The notes: generated by a model from the letters alone, not told the origin. DNA of 53,265 bases, filler included, from Catajapyx aquilonaris (GCA_000934665.2; 3 parts of 3 records of this genome joined end to end with filler, not necessarily neighbours in it); one strand, 5' to 3'. Positions 38,731 to 50,751 are shown, counted from the first letter of the whole stretch. Numbers and translations: made by a program.

Positions 38731-38781
38731 CAGTGGTTCCCAACCTTTTTCGGGTCGCGACCCACAGGTTGGGAACCAGTG
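38731..38781. mobile_element. 51-bp hAT (Charlie-type) mini-element
   Basis: TIR CAGTGGTTCCCAACCT / AGGTTGGGAACCAGTG; degenerate 8-bp TSD TTCTACAT / CTCTGCAT. Confidence 0.65.
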
Positions 38782-38817
38782 CTCTGCATCCATGGGAATA
38801 AATAATAATACACTTAC

Positions 38818-38895
38818 TACGACATCAATGGCGTCGCCATAGATCAATGGCCCGTAAATTTCACGCACGCAGTCTCTCTCTCTCAAGTCCCAAAC
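38818..38895 (-). CDS. WD40 protein exon 4
   Basis: tttgcAG|GTT..., GTA|GTaagt; VWDLRERDCVREIYGPLIYGDAIDVV. Confidence 0.88.
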
Positions 38896-41800
38896 CTGCA
38901 AACAAGTAAATATAAGACAAACTTAATCACTTAGCAATGAGCTGTAAAATGTGTACAGTGAATAAGTTGACAATGACTGTATATACTGTAGACTCTTGCG
39001 AGTGACAAAATGATCCAGAACTTACAATGTATCAAGTTCATATTTAAAACTCTACATTTTGGAAATTCAGTCTGTAGGCGGTAGGCCTACTATACGTAGT
39101 AAATTCTTCTGAAAGCCAACGAACTCTCAGAGCCGGATTGTTACCGTTAATATACTGTCACGGCTATATTAATGGAGGCAATTCATGTTGTAAGGCTCCA
39201 ACGAGCTCACCGTCAGGTGTCTCTGTGTGACTGTGCCAAATCCTAATTAACTTACAACAATATCATACATCATAGTCCTTGACGTCCCCTGCTGTATATT
39301 CGCGGTAGAGCTGAACCCTCTACCGACATTTTGTGAACTCGTTGCAGCCTTGCAACATGAATCGCCTTCATCACTTTGGTCACTCTAGTTATGTCCATAT
39401 ATATACTTGAACTGTTCCATTCTCCGAATACATTGTAGTCATAGTTGATACACATGGAGCAGCATCTGTTTCATCCGTCACGTGGATGAAGATTTGTATA
39501 TACTAGTAGTTAAGTCGGACTAACAGGAAGTTTGACTTGACTTATGAATAATATGCCAATAGATACCCGTATGTTGTATAGTTCCATACAAGGGATATGC
39601 CAAAAAAGTAAACAAATGGTGTATACCGGGTTGGCTTTTTTGTTCCATGAATAGTTCGGGTCAAGTTCACCAAAGTGCTATAGTACGAGTATATAGACAG
39701 TAAGATTATATCGGTCATCAAAACTAATGTGTAAGATAATCATTAATAATCTTATCCGAGTTTTCCGGATGACTAGATGCTTACCCTAAGTACAGAATCC
39801 AGGCCTGCGCTTAGGAAGGTGTGTTCCGTTGTTGGGTGATATTTGATGCAGCTAATTGGTTCACTGTGTCCAGGATATTGTTCGTCACTAAAGGCTTTGC
39901 GTTTGAAGTGGATGGGCGGACTGAAGCTGGGATGGTAGTTGGTGATCATCTACAAATGCAGACAAAAAACATCCGGTATGATTATTATTTTGTAAGAAAA
40001 CATTGGAGTAAAAGTCACTTACTGGTGATAATGTTACAAAACACAAGCATGTGACAGTTACACTTGCAGGTTTAAGTCAACACTGGAATTATACTGTATA
40101 CAACGTGCATTACATGGGAGAGGAAGTCTTCGTTAGGCTGTACATACTTTTGTGGCAATACATCACACTCTTTGCGGGACAGTCCTTTCCGTTTTCCTAC
40201 TATTCCGATGAAAAATGGACTCGAGCAAAGAGCACAGGGAATCTGTATAGGCCTAAGCGTGCATGAGAAGTATTTTCAAGGAAAGATATTTTGCTCCAAT
40301 GGCCACAGGTAGACCTATCTGAGTTCTATCCTAAATCAGAGCTTCATTATTTGTGAAGAGTGAAGGTCTCTCAAGTTTTTAACCTCCCACTTCTCCACTT
40401 GCAGGTTTTTGGCTGACGATAATTATTATACTGTATAATGGGTGGAATGCTGTACCGTCACCAATGGTGTGAGAAAAATACATACAGTAAGTAAATACAC
40501 GCAATGAATAATTACTCCAATCGCGTATGTACATTTTCATTGGTAGAGCCTGATGTGCCTGCGCGACTGGAGTAAGATCATGTTGGGAGACTGGTCATTT
40601 CGTACTTCTATCGTGCTATATTGTATATTGTATTTTAGACTTGCATTGGGACAACATACTATATTATACATTTATACTGGCGGAGGCATCTTTCACTATA
40701 GTAACAAACACCATGTATACTGTGCAATGTCTAATACCACAGTCTTAAGATCGTGAGTTGGGTTTTTGGGTTTGGTGATAGATTTTCCTATTGTGTGATG
40801 TTTTGATGGGTTCTCTTCGTGCTTGCGTGAGTTGTCTCGGGGTCCTCCCATTTCCTCCCACTTTCAAAATATATCAATAGTCAATGAAGTGAACAGTAAA
40901 GTCGGATAAGAAAAATTCTCTATACGACTGGCCACAAGCCTCTGATGGGGCTACTAACTATGAACCGTTCTTTATGTAAGCGTTTTATACAATAGATAAC
41001 GTTCCATTATGTGAATATGAGCAACACCGAGTCAATCAACTCTCTAGTTCAATAAAATAAGGGTTTTTGTAAATCAAATGCCCCTGAAGCCACAAGCTAC
41101 GTAGGCTACTACGTAACATTTTTCATGTGGCAGTTTGGTAAACTTATGCTACGTTACTATAGGGGAAGTTTACAGGCACACACGCACGAGTATATCGTGT
41201 TTCGACCCTCACAGGCTTCATTTCGCCAAACTGGCTTCCACAACTGAACCATAACTTATGCAAGAAAACGATATCATGAATGAATGGGTCAATGAAGGAA
41301 CACTGACGCTCACGAATCCCAATTCTGAAACGGACATATTCTGCTGAACTAGGTATTACCTCTAACTTTGTGGCCTGTTTTATAATTCAATGTGTTATCT
41401 ATTGTCTCTTTATTAATAGCATATAATCCTCTATAGTCTATATGGCCTATATGACGATGTTTCCTCAACCTGTAACATTGAAAATCACCTGTTTTCATAA
41501 GTAAATTGAGCAATAGCGCTGATCCCTGCAAGGTGCGATTGAGCATCGTCGTACATATCCGATCGAACCAGATTAGCTATGAATCCTCCCTCCAGCCAAG
41601 GATCGACCTACTGACCTATTCGTGCCATCCCTGGAAGTTGAGCTTCCTATAATATCAGTAGTGCAGCAAGGTTCCGGTTTGATGCAAGATTTTCGCGTCC
41701 GCTTTCCATCTACCGGCAGGAAGCGGAAATTCCTTTGCAATAATAATCGTCCGCCGTAATTTTGCATTGATTTCGCGCACGACTACTTCTTCACTGCAGA

Positions 41801-44800
41801 GATCGAAATTATTATATTCCTATCGAAGTTGGGGAAAGGGTGGGGAGGAAACGGAGGATAGTGATTATAACACAGGAAATGATGCATCTTAAGCGTGCTG
41901 GATACATATGAAGACCTGTAATGCAGATCGATCATAGTCGCACTGGAGTAATTTCGAAGTATGGAACTTTGAACATTGTGATATGGTTTTTTTACTAAAT
42001 ATTCCTACAGAACTTTGCTCTAGCCTAAACTCGAAAACTATATTAGGCCTATACAACCCTTTAACTCGTGGCCAAAATGTGTCTGCTCGTTCAGATGCTT
42101 GGGTAATTGTCTAATGCTATCCGAGAGAACAATATCCACATTAATTTATATGGCAGAAGATTGTTAAATACAAGGTACATGCATACCTTATGTTACGGCC
42201 TTCAACATTGCTCGTGCCTGATCAAAACATAACTGAATTACTGCCAGCATATCAAGACTGATCATACATAAGAGTCGGATAACTAAAGCGATTTATTATG
42301 GTGGGCATCGTTTGTTATGTGTTTGCCAAACTGCGGGTACCGTCGAAAGTGCTGTGGATTGGGGGAAATGGGGGTGGGTGGTTTTCCGATGTTCTCTTTC
42401 AGAGCGGCTTGATCGATGGACTATCACGTTAAGAATAAGAAGAAAAAATTGGCTCTGGCCAGTCATCAGTCTTGGACATAATGATTTTTGAAGAAAATGT
42501 GCCCGCTTTTTCAGTTTCTTTTGGGTACAAAGCATTCTTGCTCCGGCGTCATTTTCTGATGCAGCCAAGTAATTACCTCTGTTTCATTTCCAGTGATTAT
42601 TTTTCAGAGCGAACCGGCGCTGTAATTAAGATTCAAATGAGCAATCGCGTCATAGAGCCCAAACGAAAAGTCCTCTAGAAAGGGATGACCTAAATTCAGC
42701 ACCTCGTACTTGCCGGGCTCACAATTTTGGCACTGGCTCCATCAAACCTACTTGGCAGTCTGATCAGCCCGTGTCTGAGAGGTACTTTACTTTAATGATA
42801 CGATAAAGTCGTCGTATATTACTCGGTTGCCTCTGAGAAAATTTTGTATTGAATGCGCCAATATTCCCTGGCTCTCATTGGACTAATAAAACCAAGAATA
42901 TGCACTGTAAGTCACTATTTGCCACCTAGTTACCCTTTGTTGCTGGTTTAGTTTAGAACTGTGGGACCCCTATAAATTGCATGATACTCCATTGGTATAT
43001 AGGAAGACAGGTGGAAAGTTACAGCCATAGTTAGCTATGTATTGTTAGTGGGGCTCACAAGTCAGAGCTCAATATACAGTATTGAAGAGTGAGACCTTAC
43101 ATAGTTGTTACTTGTTCGTCAGGTATGTCATCAGAGAATGTGACTTGTGCGACAATATTATTTTCTCTTTTCCCCGCTTCTGCAGAGTACACACTTACGG
43201 TACCTTCCTACTGGAAATCAATACGGTGCATTTTCCCGCGTGACATTTGGCATTTGGATCATACTCTAGAGGCGCTGGAAATAGCATCCCTATAACCCCC
43301 GCCCCCCACCTCCTCCTCACTCGCCCCCGAAGAATTACAAACGACTTTCTGTATGGATCTCACGTAATCATATAGGTGAACGAGATTAAAATCGGTCATC
43401 TGCTGAAACGTTTCGGTGGATTTTAATAGTTCATGAGGCGTACCGGCTGCCACGGAATTTATATTGGCTTGTGATTGATTTATGGAGAGTTTTGATGCGA
43501 ACACACGTGTATCAAGACTGTCATGTGCCATGTATCACTATAAGGTGTTCAGAGCCAGAAGTACTCTAGCGGACCAAATGATGAAGACGGATTGGGTCAA
43601 GAGCTCCAATAAGTTCACTGTAAAACCATTGATGTCTCTACTCCAATGCTGATGTGCGGTATTGAGTTCGTCAAGATAATAGGCGTATTCGGCAATTCAG
43701 ATTATTCTGAGGTGCGTCACGGGATATCTGAGTTGTTAGCCCTGCCCCTCAGAAGATTATTGCCGAACGGCCGAACTGAGAGACCCCCCTACCCGCCTGT
43801 GCTGCATCCCAGTGATATGCCAACGTTCGGGTATTTCGGTGCCGTATTTCGGACGCTTGCGGGTAATGGTGCGGGTAAAATGAAAATGCGGGTAAAATCG
43901 GGTATTTTCAGGTCGTCTCGCGGGGTTTTTGGGCATTTTGCATTGGCAACACTGCTGCATTCATAACAATAATTTGTTTGTTAATTGTTTCTCAGCAAGT
44001 AAGTCAGGTCAGGAGTACACTAAGTTCCTGAGCTTGGGAAGTCAGGTAGGGCGCATGCGCACTTACTTCAGGGGGCGTGGCACCTGATTTGCCGAACATC
44101 CAAACAACCCAGGAAGTCAGATTCCTGAATTGCCGAATACGCCTAATATAAGTCCGTCTTCATCGTTTTGTCTGCCACAGTAGCATATAAGAATAGGCTG
44201 CATTATTTTTGTCTACTGCTCACAATATTGTGCAGTAGAAAAACATTAGAAGAAAATACTTTAAAAACTTATTGCATTATTTCCAAACGTTAACAGCACC
44301 TTAGGTCCAGGAGAAGTCTGGTAAAGTGACAGGAAAGTTGAAAACGCTCTTATTGCTGTTTAACAGTAATTAGCTTACATATTTTTCGAATTTCTTGCCT
44401 CTTTTCCAGCGGAAACGGTTCTTACCTGCGGAACAATTTCCAGTTATATCCAGCAAGAGAATAGTCGCATGATATTCACGAGTATATTTGAGGCAATATC
44501 TTGTGGCAGTCCCCGCCCATCGTCTTGTCTTAATCTCATTCCATAACCCAACCTAAATGCGATAACTGCATAAGGGAGTTACCTAATAAATTATTGCGTT
44601 TTGATGGACGCATGACCAATATACTGTGCATAGGCCTACTGTATACAGTACACTATGACCTCAGCATTATGTGCTACATTAGTGTGCCCTTGGTGTGTCA
44701 TTATGGTTTGATTGAAATGTGCTTAGAAGAGCTTATTGGCTTATTATCCCATCCTGATCTGCGCGCATTTGGATGATTGAAGTCGAAAAATTCCGGAGTT

Positions 44801-47800
44801 GTTAGCGGCGGAAAATTCTATAGTAATCCAGACATGATTTGAGTGGCTGAGAAGCAATGTGGTTCATGTCGAAATTCAGCCATTTTGAGTTGTCGCTTGC
44901 ATGGCATTCCCCATGCCCAACTCTGTTTTGTAACTTGGCCTGAAGACATTTGTAATATTTGCTGATCAAATTATTAAGTTAATGTGACTTACTTTTACAT
45001 TGGCTGCAAGGCAATCCTAAAACTTTGCATCTCAAAACTAACTTTTTCGACATGAAACACTCTGCTTCTCAGCCACTCATTTGCTCCTAACATTTTCTCC
45101 CTTGGATACATAGATATAATACAATGCATGACTATCTGGTTGATTCATCTAAGGTTTTCGATTGCACTTTGTACATTAAACTGGACTAATTGAGCAATTA
45201 ATATGGACGTATAACAATTATCGTGTTTGTTTTATAGACTATTTCAGCTAATTTACAGCTCTCGCACAAGAAAAATTGACAATGGATATTTTCATTCGGC
45301 CTCACACCAGAAAACTATTAATTGTCAATCCTGATACAGTTAAAATAAAACCAGTTAAGGAGATGAAGTGGCGTCGCGGTAACGCGTGCGCCCACGGATA
45401 TGAAGGTCCCGGGTTCAATCCCCACCCGGGGTTCCCCCCTTTATCCGTGCAGAGTTGGGCCATCTCTGGCTTCATTTCGGGTGGAAATTTCCTAAAGACT
45501 AATCCACCCGGGGGAGTTCACAAAATAACCAATTAACGACAGCGCACATGCACTTTTCACATCCCCTCCTACCTACCCTGGAGTAATTAAATAAGATCTT
45601 CTTATATGGCTCCAAAACAAATACCAATGGTGGTAATCCACCCCCCCTATAGACCCAACAGGTCATCACGGGGTAAAAATAAAAATAATAAAAATAATAA
45701 AAATAAAAATAATAAATAAAACCAGTGGTTAAAATGGAAAACAAGACTAGTATGCTTGATCTTCCAAAGTGATATACAAGACGTCTTTGGAAAGATAGTA
45801 AGCTGTATAGAAGTACAGTAATATACAAGATGTATGAAGGGATGTCGCTTCCATTAATGATCGGCAAAAAAAAACCTTCCCTGAGACTCCTTCTACATTC
45901 TAGCCATATTGTCTACTGTACTTCTTTCAATCCGAGAAATAAGTGATTTTTTAAGTTATAGTGATTTTATATTCATAGCTTTTTATATAAGTTAATCACT
46001 ATAAACTGAGCCAAAGTGTGAGGGCGATGAAGATGCATTGGGACGACAAATAAAGATAGCCCACAAGGAGAGATATTCTTACCACAGTAGTTCTGGCATC
46101 GTAGACACGAACAAAACAGTCATCACCTCCAGTTATATACTTCGTTCCATCGTTCGAGAACTCGAAAGCAGTGGGAGAGTATCCCGCACCTGAAAAGGGA
46201 AAGTCAAATGAGATTGCTCACTAGGCTTCAAAACAAGGAAATACAGCATAATTATCTGCACCTCTGTATCATTTAGAAAAATATTTATATAGGAACTTAA
46301 TTAATTCAACGCGCAATTATTCTTTCGGGTCTTTTTATAGTGTATCTAGATATGTAAGCATATGCGCATCTGTGAAACAAAAACTGAAAAGGCGCAAATC
46401 CTGAAAATTTGAATAGATGTGATTGGATTCTCCTGTCTCTCCCACTCCGCCACCTACATAGATCAACTTTGTAACCCTGTTAAGGTATTAGAGTAGTCCT
46501 AAGTCTATGGCATTTGCGAGCGCCTCCCAAGCTCTCTCAGTTTATCTAGTCTAGGAAGCATATAAAACTCCAAGCTGTTTTCGCACAAGTGTGCAGTAGT
46601 CCATGCGGGTATAATATTCTGTGCCATTCAATAAAATCTCTGGCTTTATATTAACTGGATGAAAGACTGAACCACGTACACCATCCACTCTTTTGAAAGC
46701 TGTACACCTGTAGCTGACGCTTTGAGCAGTGATTCCAGAACTAACAGCTGCAGTGAATGTGGTTTAATGTGTATGTTTTGAAACTGCATCGCCGGTGCGA
46801 AAAGGTAAATGCTTCCTGTGCTTGTAGTTGGAGATTTTGTTTTGGCCTATACTCGATAATAATATAATGTGGGATAGCAGCACTTTGCGATGATAGAGGT
46901 GGAAATATTGTACCTGTATGTTTCAGCAGGTGAAGCAAGAAAATTGTACAAATACAAGCGTCTTAGTCTAAAAATAATTTTCTAAATAAATTACCAGCCT
47001 ACTATACAGGGTGTATCTGAACTCAGTGCCCCGACGTATATGACTGCCTTCCTAGCCACCAGAGGATCGATTTAAGTATAGGAGTCATATGTCTGGGCAG
47101 CCTCATTATGGAGATACACTCTTTAGCGATTTTTGCCTAATCGCTCCTTCTGACCTTTAAATAGAATTTTCTGGTGTAACTAGCCAAAGAGGCCTTACCA
47201 CCTGTGGGCAACAAACCAACAAAGTCCAGCCCCCAGACCTTCCAGAGCCTTCTGACTGGGGGAGGGTTCGATGGGTGGCCTAACCGACAGGATATTTTGT
47301 ACTACATGTTTGCGGCCAATTATCTCCGTAATGAGGCTGCCCAGACATATGACTCCTATACTTAAATCGATCCTCTGGTGGCTGGGAAGGCAGTCATATA
47401 CGTCGGGGCACTGAGTTCAGATACACCCTGTATACATAACAGTCCCATACAACGTCGTTCTTTATACTATCCGAGTGAATTAAATGTGCTTCTGGAGACA
47501 GGCCTTGCAAAAAATTCACCTAGCAAAAAATCGCGAAATGATCTCCATTAGCTTATTAACAAATAGCTCTGAAGCCGCAATAAATATATGTTATATTCGA
47601 AAGTTTGAGAGTTAATCCTTAGAAAATCGGAGTCTCTTTGAGTGCGTATCCTTCGCTGATAATTCGGTTCCAGCTGGGACGCGTCCTGTTGGAAAGTAAT
47701 ATCCGGAGGAAGTTTTACAGCATCCATTTATCAATCTTGAGCAAGCGCTACACATTCATTTCGGAGAGTCTTTAGGGCTTAAAGACTACCATTGACTCTC

Positions 47801-50187
47801 CGGAATTTGCGCCTCTGATGTATTGGATGAAGCAAGGCTACGACGTAATTCCTCCATAATTCTGCCAACTAAAACTTGCTGTCGTCATTGCCTGTCGTAA
47901 ACCGTGGTCATTAGGTACAATCTCGTATTTGCATCTAGAAATTAGGGCCAAATCTCGCAGTAAGAAAAGACGTATCGTCCATCGTAATTAGGTTACAATT
48001 TCTCTGATTGCTTAAATGTTCACCTAATGGCAGCAGGAGTCGATATAGACAGGGAGTTTCACAATTCAATCTAGGGACACCAATCACATCATGAGTTCAG
48101 TTTTGTGCAATTCAGTTAGGTTGCCAATCTATCTAATATATATAAAGCCCCAATCCGAGGAGGATATTTAGGATGGAAAAGATTTCGCACTTCCCGGCGT
48201 CGCAGAGACATCGGACTTACACCGTTGGATTTCTAGCCTCCGGTATACCAATGCCAAAAATCCTCAAAATCGCGAAATTCCCAGCCGTTTTCGAGGTAGC
48301 CAAATAAAATGTAGACGCAAACCCGAGATCGCCAAATTAATGTATCCGCAAACTGCCTCGGATCGACTTGCGACCTTGCCCACAAATGGGCGTAAAGAAG
48401 GAGAACAATGGCCCACCCCCTCCCTCCACCCGCTGGGATCTGCTTACACTACTCAAACCTGCCGTGAGAATGATACGTCACAGAAGGTCCCACTTTGTCA
48501 TCCCAATCGCTGTTTTCAACGATACGTCACATTCTCCTCATGGCTACCGGTGACATCACTGATTTCTGTAACCGGATGGATTAGGCGGAATACGGGCACC
48601 GCGCCGAAGGCGCGCAAGTGGGGCGCATCCCCAGGCACTGCCCAGCCCCACGGGGGGGGGGNGGGGGGGACGGAGCCCCACCGGCTCGCAAATTCTAGTA
48701 CTCGCATTTGAAGCGAGTTCTAGGATATACAGGGTGTATCTGAACTCAGTGCCCCGACGTATATGACTGCCTTCCTAGCCACCAGAGGATCGATTTAAGT
48801 ATAGGAATCATTATGTTTGGCCGCCGCATTACTGAGATAATTGGCCGCAAACATGTAGTACAAAATATCCTGTCGGTTAGGTCACCCATCGAACCCTCCC
48901 CCAGTCAGAAGGCTCTGGAAGGTCTGGTGGCCGGACTTTGTTGGTTTGTTGCCCACAGGTGGTAAGGCCTCTTTGGCTAGTTACACCAGAAAATTCTATT
49001 TAAAAGTCAGAAAGAGCGATTAGGCAAAAATCGCTAATGAGTGTATCTCCGTAATGCGGCGGCCAAACATAATGATTCCTATACTTAAATCGATCCTCTG
49101 GTGGCTAGGAAGGCAGTCATATACGTCGGGGCACTGAGTTCAGATACACCCTGTATAAAGCCCCAATCCGAGGAGGATATAGGAGGAGGATGGAAAAGAT
49201 TTCGCACTTCCCGAGGTCGTAGAGCTCTGGTCGAAATTCCGTTGGATTTCTTGCCTCCGGTTTAGCAATGCCAAAAATCCTCATAATCGCAAAAATTCCC
49301 AGCCGTTTTGGACTTGGCAAAAAGTCGACTTTTGCACGTGCCACCTTGTCCATCTGCTCCTCATTAAGCCGCCGGAGAACAATAGCTCATCTCCGGCGCT
49401 CCCTCCCCGGGGGCCCCCCACCTGCTCACCATCTGGATCTACTCTAATCCCACCTCACAGTGCCTTTTCTCACCATACGTCAGCTAGGGCGCATTCTGTA
49501 CTCAACACCTTTCGCGATGACGTCACGGGTTCTGTAAACGGATGCCATCCCGCTCCCACCGATTTTTGCGTAAAAATACTTGCTCTGTTCGCATAGGAGA
49601 GTGGGGTATAAGTGTGAGGCGGCCGGGTGCACTGGGCCTCGGAGAGTTACGGAGACCGAGGAGGACCTGCGCGGGACCGGACCAATTCGCGCCGCAGGCG
49701 CGCAAGTGGGGCGCAGCCCCGCGGGGGGGGGGGGGGGGGGNGGGGGGGGGGGGGCGAAGCCCTCCCGCCTCGCAAAGCGAGTATGTAGCATACAGCCTCA
49801 GGATACAAGGGATCAAAATTAATAATATTTCTTTCGACACACAGTCAGGGCACAATACATAGGAGGCTAATAATTATGCAGTACTTGGATAGTACAGCAG
49901 ATTTGGGATTATCGCACCCACAACAGGCCATAGCCGATAATCCCAAATGAAAGCAGAGGAGATTTATCAAAATAAGTAGAAAGGATTCCTGCAATCAAAG
50001 GGTATTTACCTGACATGAAGACTCCCTTCTCATCACCATCGATCTCCATGATATAGATAGGTCCTTGGTAATCAGCAGCATACAGCAAGCCTGGTTGCAT
50101 CGGATTACACTTCAGGTAGGTAATGGGAAAAGAAGTGTCGTTTGCCGGAAATTCGGACACAATATTGCCAGTCTTCACATCCACAAT
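38818..50187 (-). CDS. WD40-repeat (beta-propeller) protein gene, partial (4 internal exons, about 176 aa)
   Basis: complement(join(38818-38895,39785-39949,46083-46189,50010-50187)); all GT-AG and phase compatible; contains FEFSNDGTKYITGGDDCFVRVYD and GHSEPISCIKYHPTTEHTFLSAGLDSVLRVWDLR. Confidence 0.88.
39785..39949 (-). CDS. WD40 protein exon 3
   Basis: tttgtAG|ATG..., AGG|GTaagc; ...YPGHSEPISCIKYHPTTEHTFLSAGLDSVLR. Confidence 0.9.
40808..40870 (+). mobile_element. Degraded SINE fragment resembling the V-domain core
   Basis: GTTCTCTTCGTGCTTGCGTGAGTTGTCTCGGGGTCCTCCCATTTCCTCCCACT resembles the V-SINE consensus GTTCTCCCCGTG..TGCGTGGGTTT.CTCCGGGT.CTCCGGTTTCCTCCCAC. Confidence 0.45.
41655..43531 (-). 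CDS. Speculative 3-exon, 137-aa hypothetical gene nested in a WD40 intron
   Basis: complement(join(41655-41793,43101-43207,43364-43531)): ATG start, donors GTGAGA and GTAAGG, compatible phases, TGA stop; no recognised homology. Confidence 0.25.
43681..44144. mobile_element. PIF/Harbinger-like MITE
   Basis: Perfect 20-bp TIR AGGCGTATTCGGCAATTCAG / CTGAATTGCCGAATACGCCT with 3-bp TSD AAT on both sides. Confidence 0.75.
43810..43954. mobile_element. hAT-type MITE (innermost element)
   Basis: CAGTGATATGCCAA ... TTGGCAACACTG; 8-bp TSD CTGCATCC / CTGCATTC; internal CGGGTA repeats. Confidence 0.75.
44841..45078. mobile_element. Sola-like MITE
   Basis: TIR GAGTGGCTGAGAAGCA..TG.TTCATGTCGAAA mirrored at the right end; GAG/CTC termini; perfect 4-bp TSD ATTT. 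Confidence 0.7.
45358..45721 (+). mobile_element. tRNA-derived SINE with A-rich tail
   Basis: A box TGGCGTCGCGG, B box GGTTCAATCCC, 3' motif ATGGTGGTAATCCACCCCCCCTATAG shared with 52235-52556, tail (AAAAT/AAT)n at 45675-45721. Confidence 0.72.
46083..46189 (-). CDS. WD40 protein exon 2
   Basis: ccttttcAG|GT GCG..., GTG|GTaaga; GAGYSPTAFEFSNDGTKYITGGDDCFVRVYDARTTV. Confidence 0.9.
47007..47430 (+). mobile_element. Tc1/mariner-type MITE, copy 1 (424 bp)
   Basis: TA|CAGGGTGTATCTGAACTC...GAGTTCAGATACACCCTG|TA; TIRs of about 110 bp with 2 mismatches. Confidence 0.92.
48128..48698 (+). mobile_element. Non-autonomous Helitron, copy 1
   Basis: A|TCTATCTAATATATATAAAGCC...GC-rich hairpins...AATTCTAG|T: 5' TC, 3' CTAG, inserted between A and T, no TSD. 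Confidence 0.8.
48719..49781 (+). mobile_element. Non-autonomous Helitron, copy 2, interrupted near its 5' end by MITE copy 2
   Basis: 49154-49310 matches 48141-48292; 3' block GCGCCG.AGGCGCGCAAGTGGGGCGCA.CCCC-polyG-CTCGCAAA shared with copy 1; ends CGAG|T. Confidence 0.72.
48730..49153 (-). mobile_element. Tc1/mariner-type MITE, copy 2 (424 bp, inverted relative to copy 1)
   Basis: Same termini and TA TSD; the internal region is the reverse complement of that of copy 1. Confidence 0.92.
50010..50187 (-). CDS. WD40 protein exon 1 (of those visible)
   Basis: ttctcAG|ATT..., TCA G|GTaaat; IVDVKTGNIVSEFPANDTSFPITYLKCNPMQPGLLYAADYQGPIYIMEIDGDEKGVFMS. Confidence 0.82.
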
Positions 50188-50570
50188 CTGAGAATGGAGT
50201 TTTTTTTAACTTGCTGTATTTAATGATTCACAATATTTTCTTCGAGAATTTACTTACAACTTACAATAATCATATACCATTTATAATGACTTTTTAACGG
50301 GAACGGGGGACACTTCAGAGAAAACCGGATATTGGTTAAAAGCACATTGCCATGTTTGGATATCTAATTTTCAAATTCTTGTTACGGGAGGTCTGTGTGG
50401 GAGTGGAAAGAGTAGGGGGATGAAGTGAATGATTAGCCTACTTTCTTGTTTAATCATTGGTTTCGTCATTTGTCATATTATACTGTATATTTATTGATAT
50501 TTATAATGGACACTGAAACGTATTCTCCAACAATTTGGTATCTTGAGATAAAGCCACTGGTTTTGAGTAA

Positions 50571-50751
50571 AGGTACGTTTACATGAGAGCGATTTGATCG
50601 CGCGATGAATCGCCGCGCGATGGCTCCAATAAAGTTTGGGGCGAAAGTAACAATCATGGTATAACAATCGATTTTCGCCCCAAACAATTTATTGGATTCG
50701 TCGCTCGGCGATGACATCGAGCGATCAAATCGCTCACATGTAAACGCACCT
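50571..50751. mobile_element. Palindromic PIF/Harbinger (Tourist-like) MITE
   Basis: AGGTACGTTTACATGAGAGCGATTTGATCGC ... GCGATCAAATCGCTCACATGTAAACGCACCT flanked by TAA / TTA; almost the whole element folds back. Confidence 0.78.

Larger units (their letters stand above)
43564..44180. mobile_element. Tc1/mariner-like MITE (outer element of a nested trio)
   Basis: TA|CTCTAGCGGACCAAATGATGAAGACGGA ... TCCGTCTTCATCGTTTTGTCTGCCACAG|TA. Confidence 0.55.
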
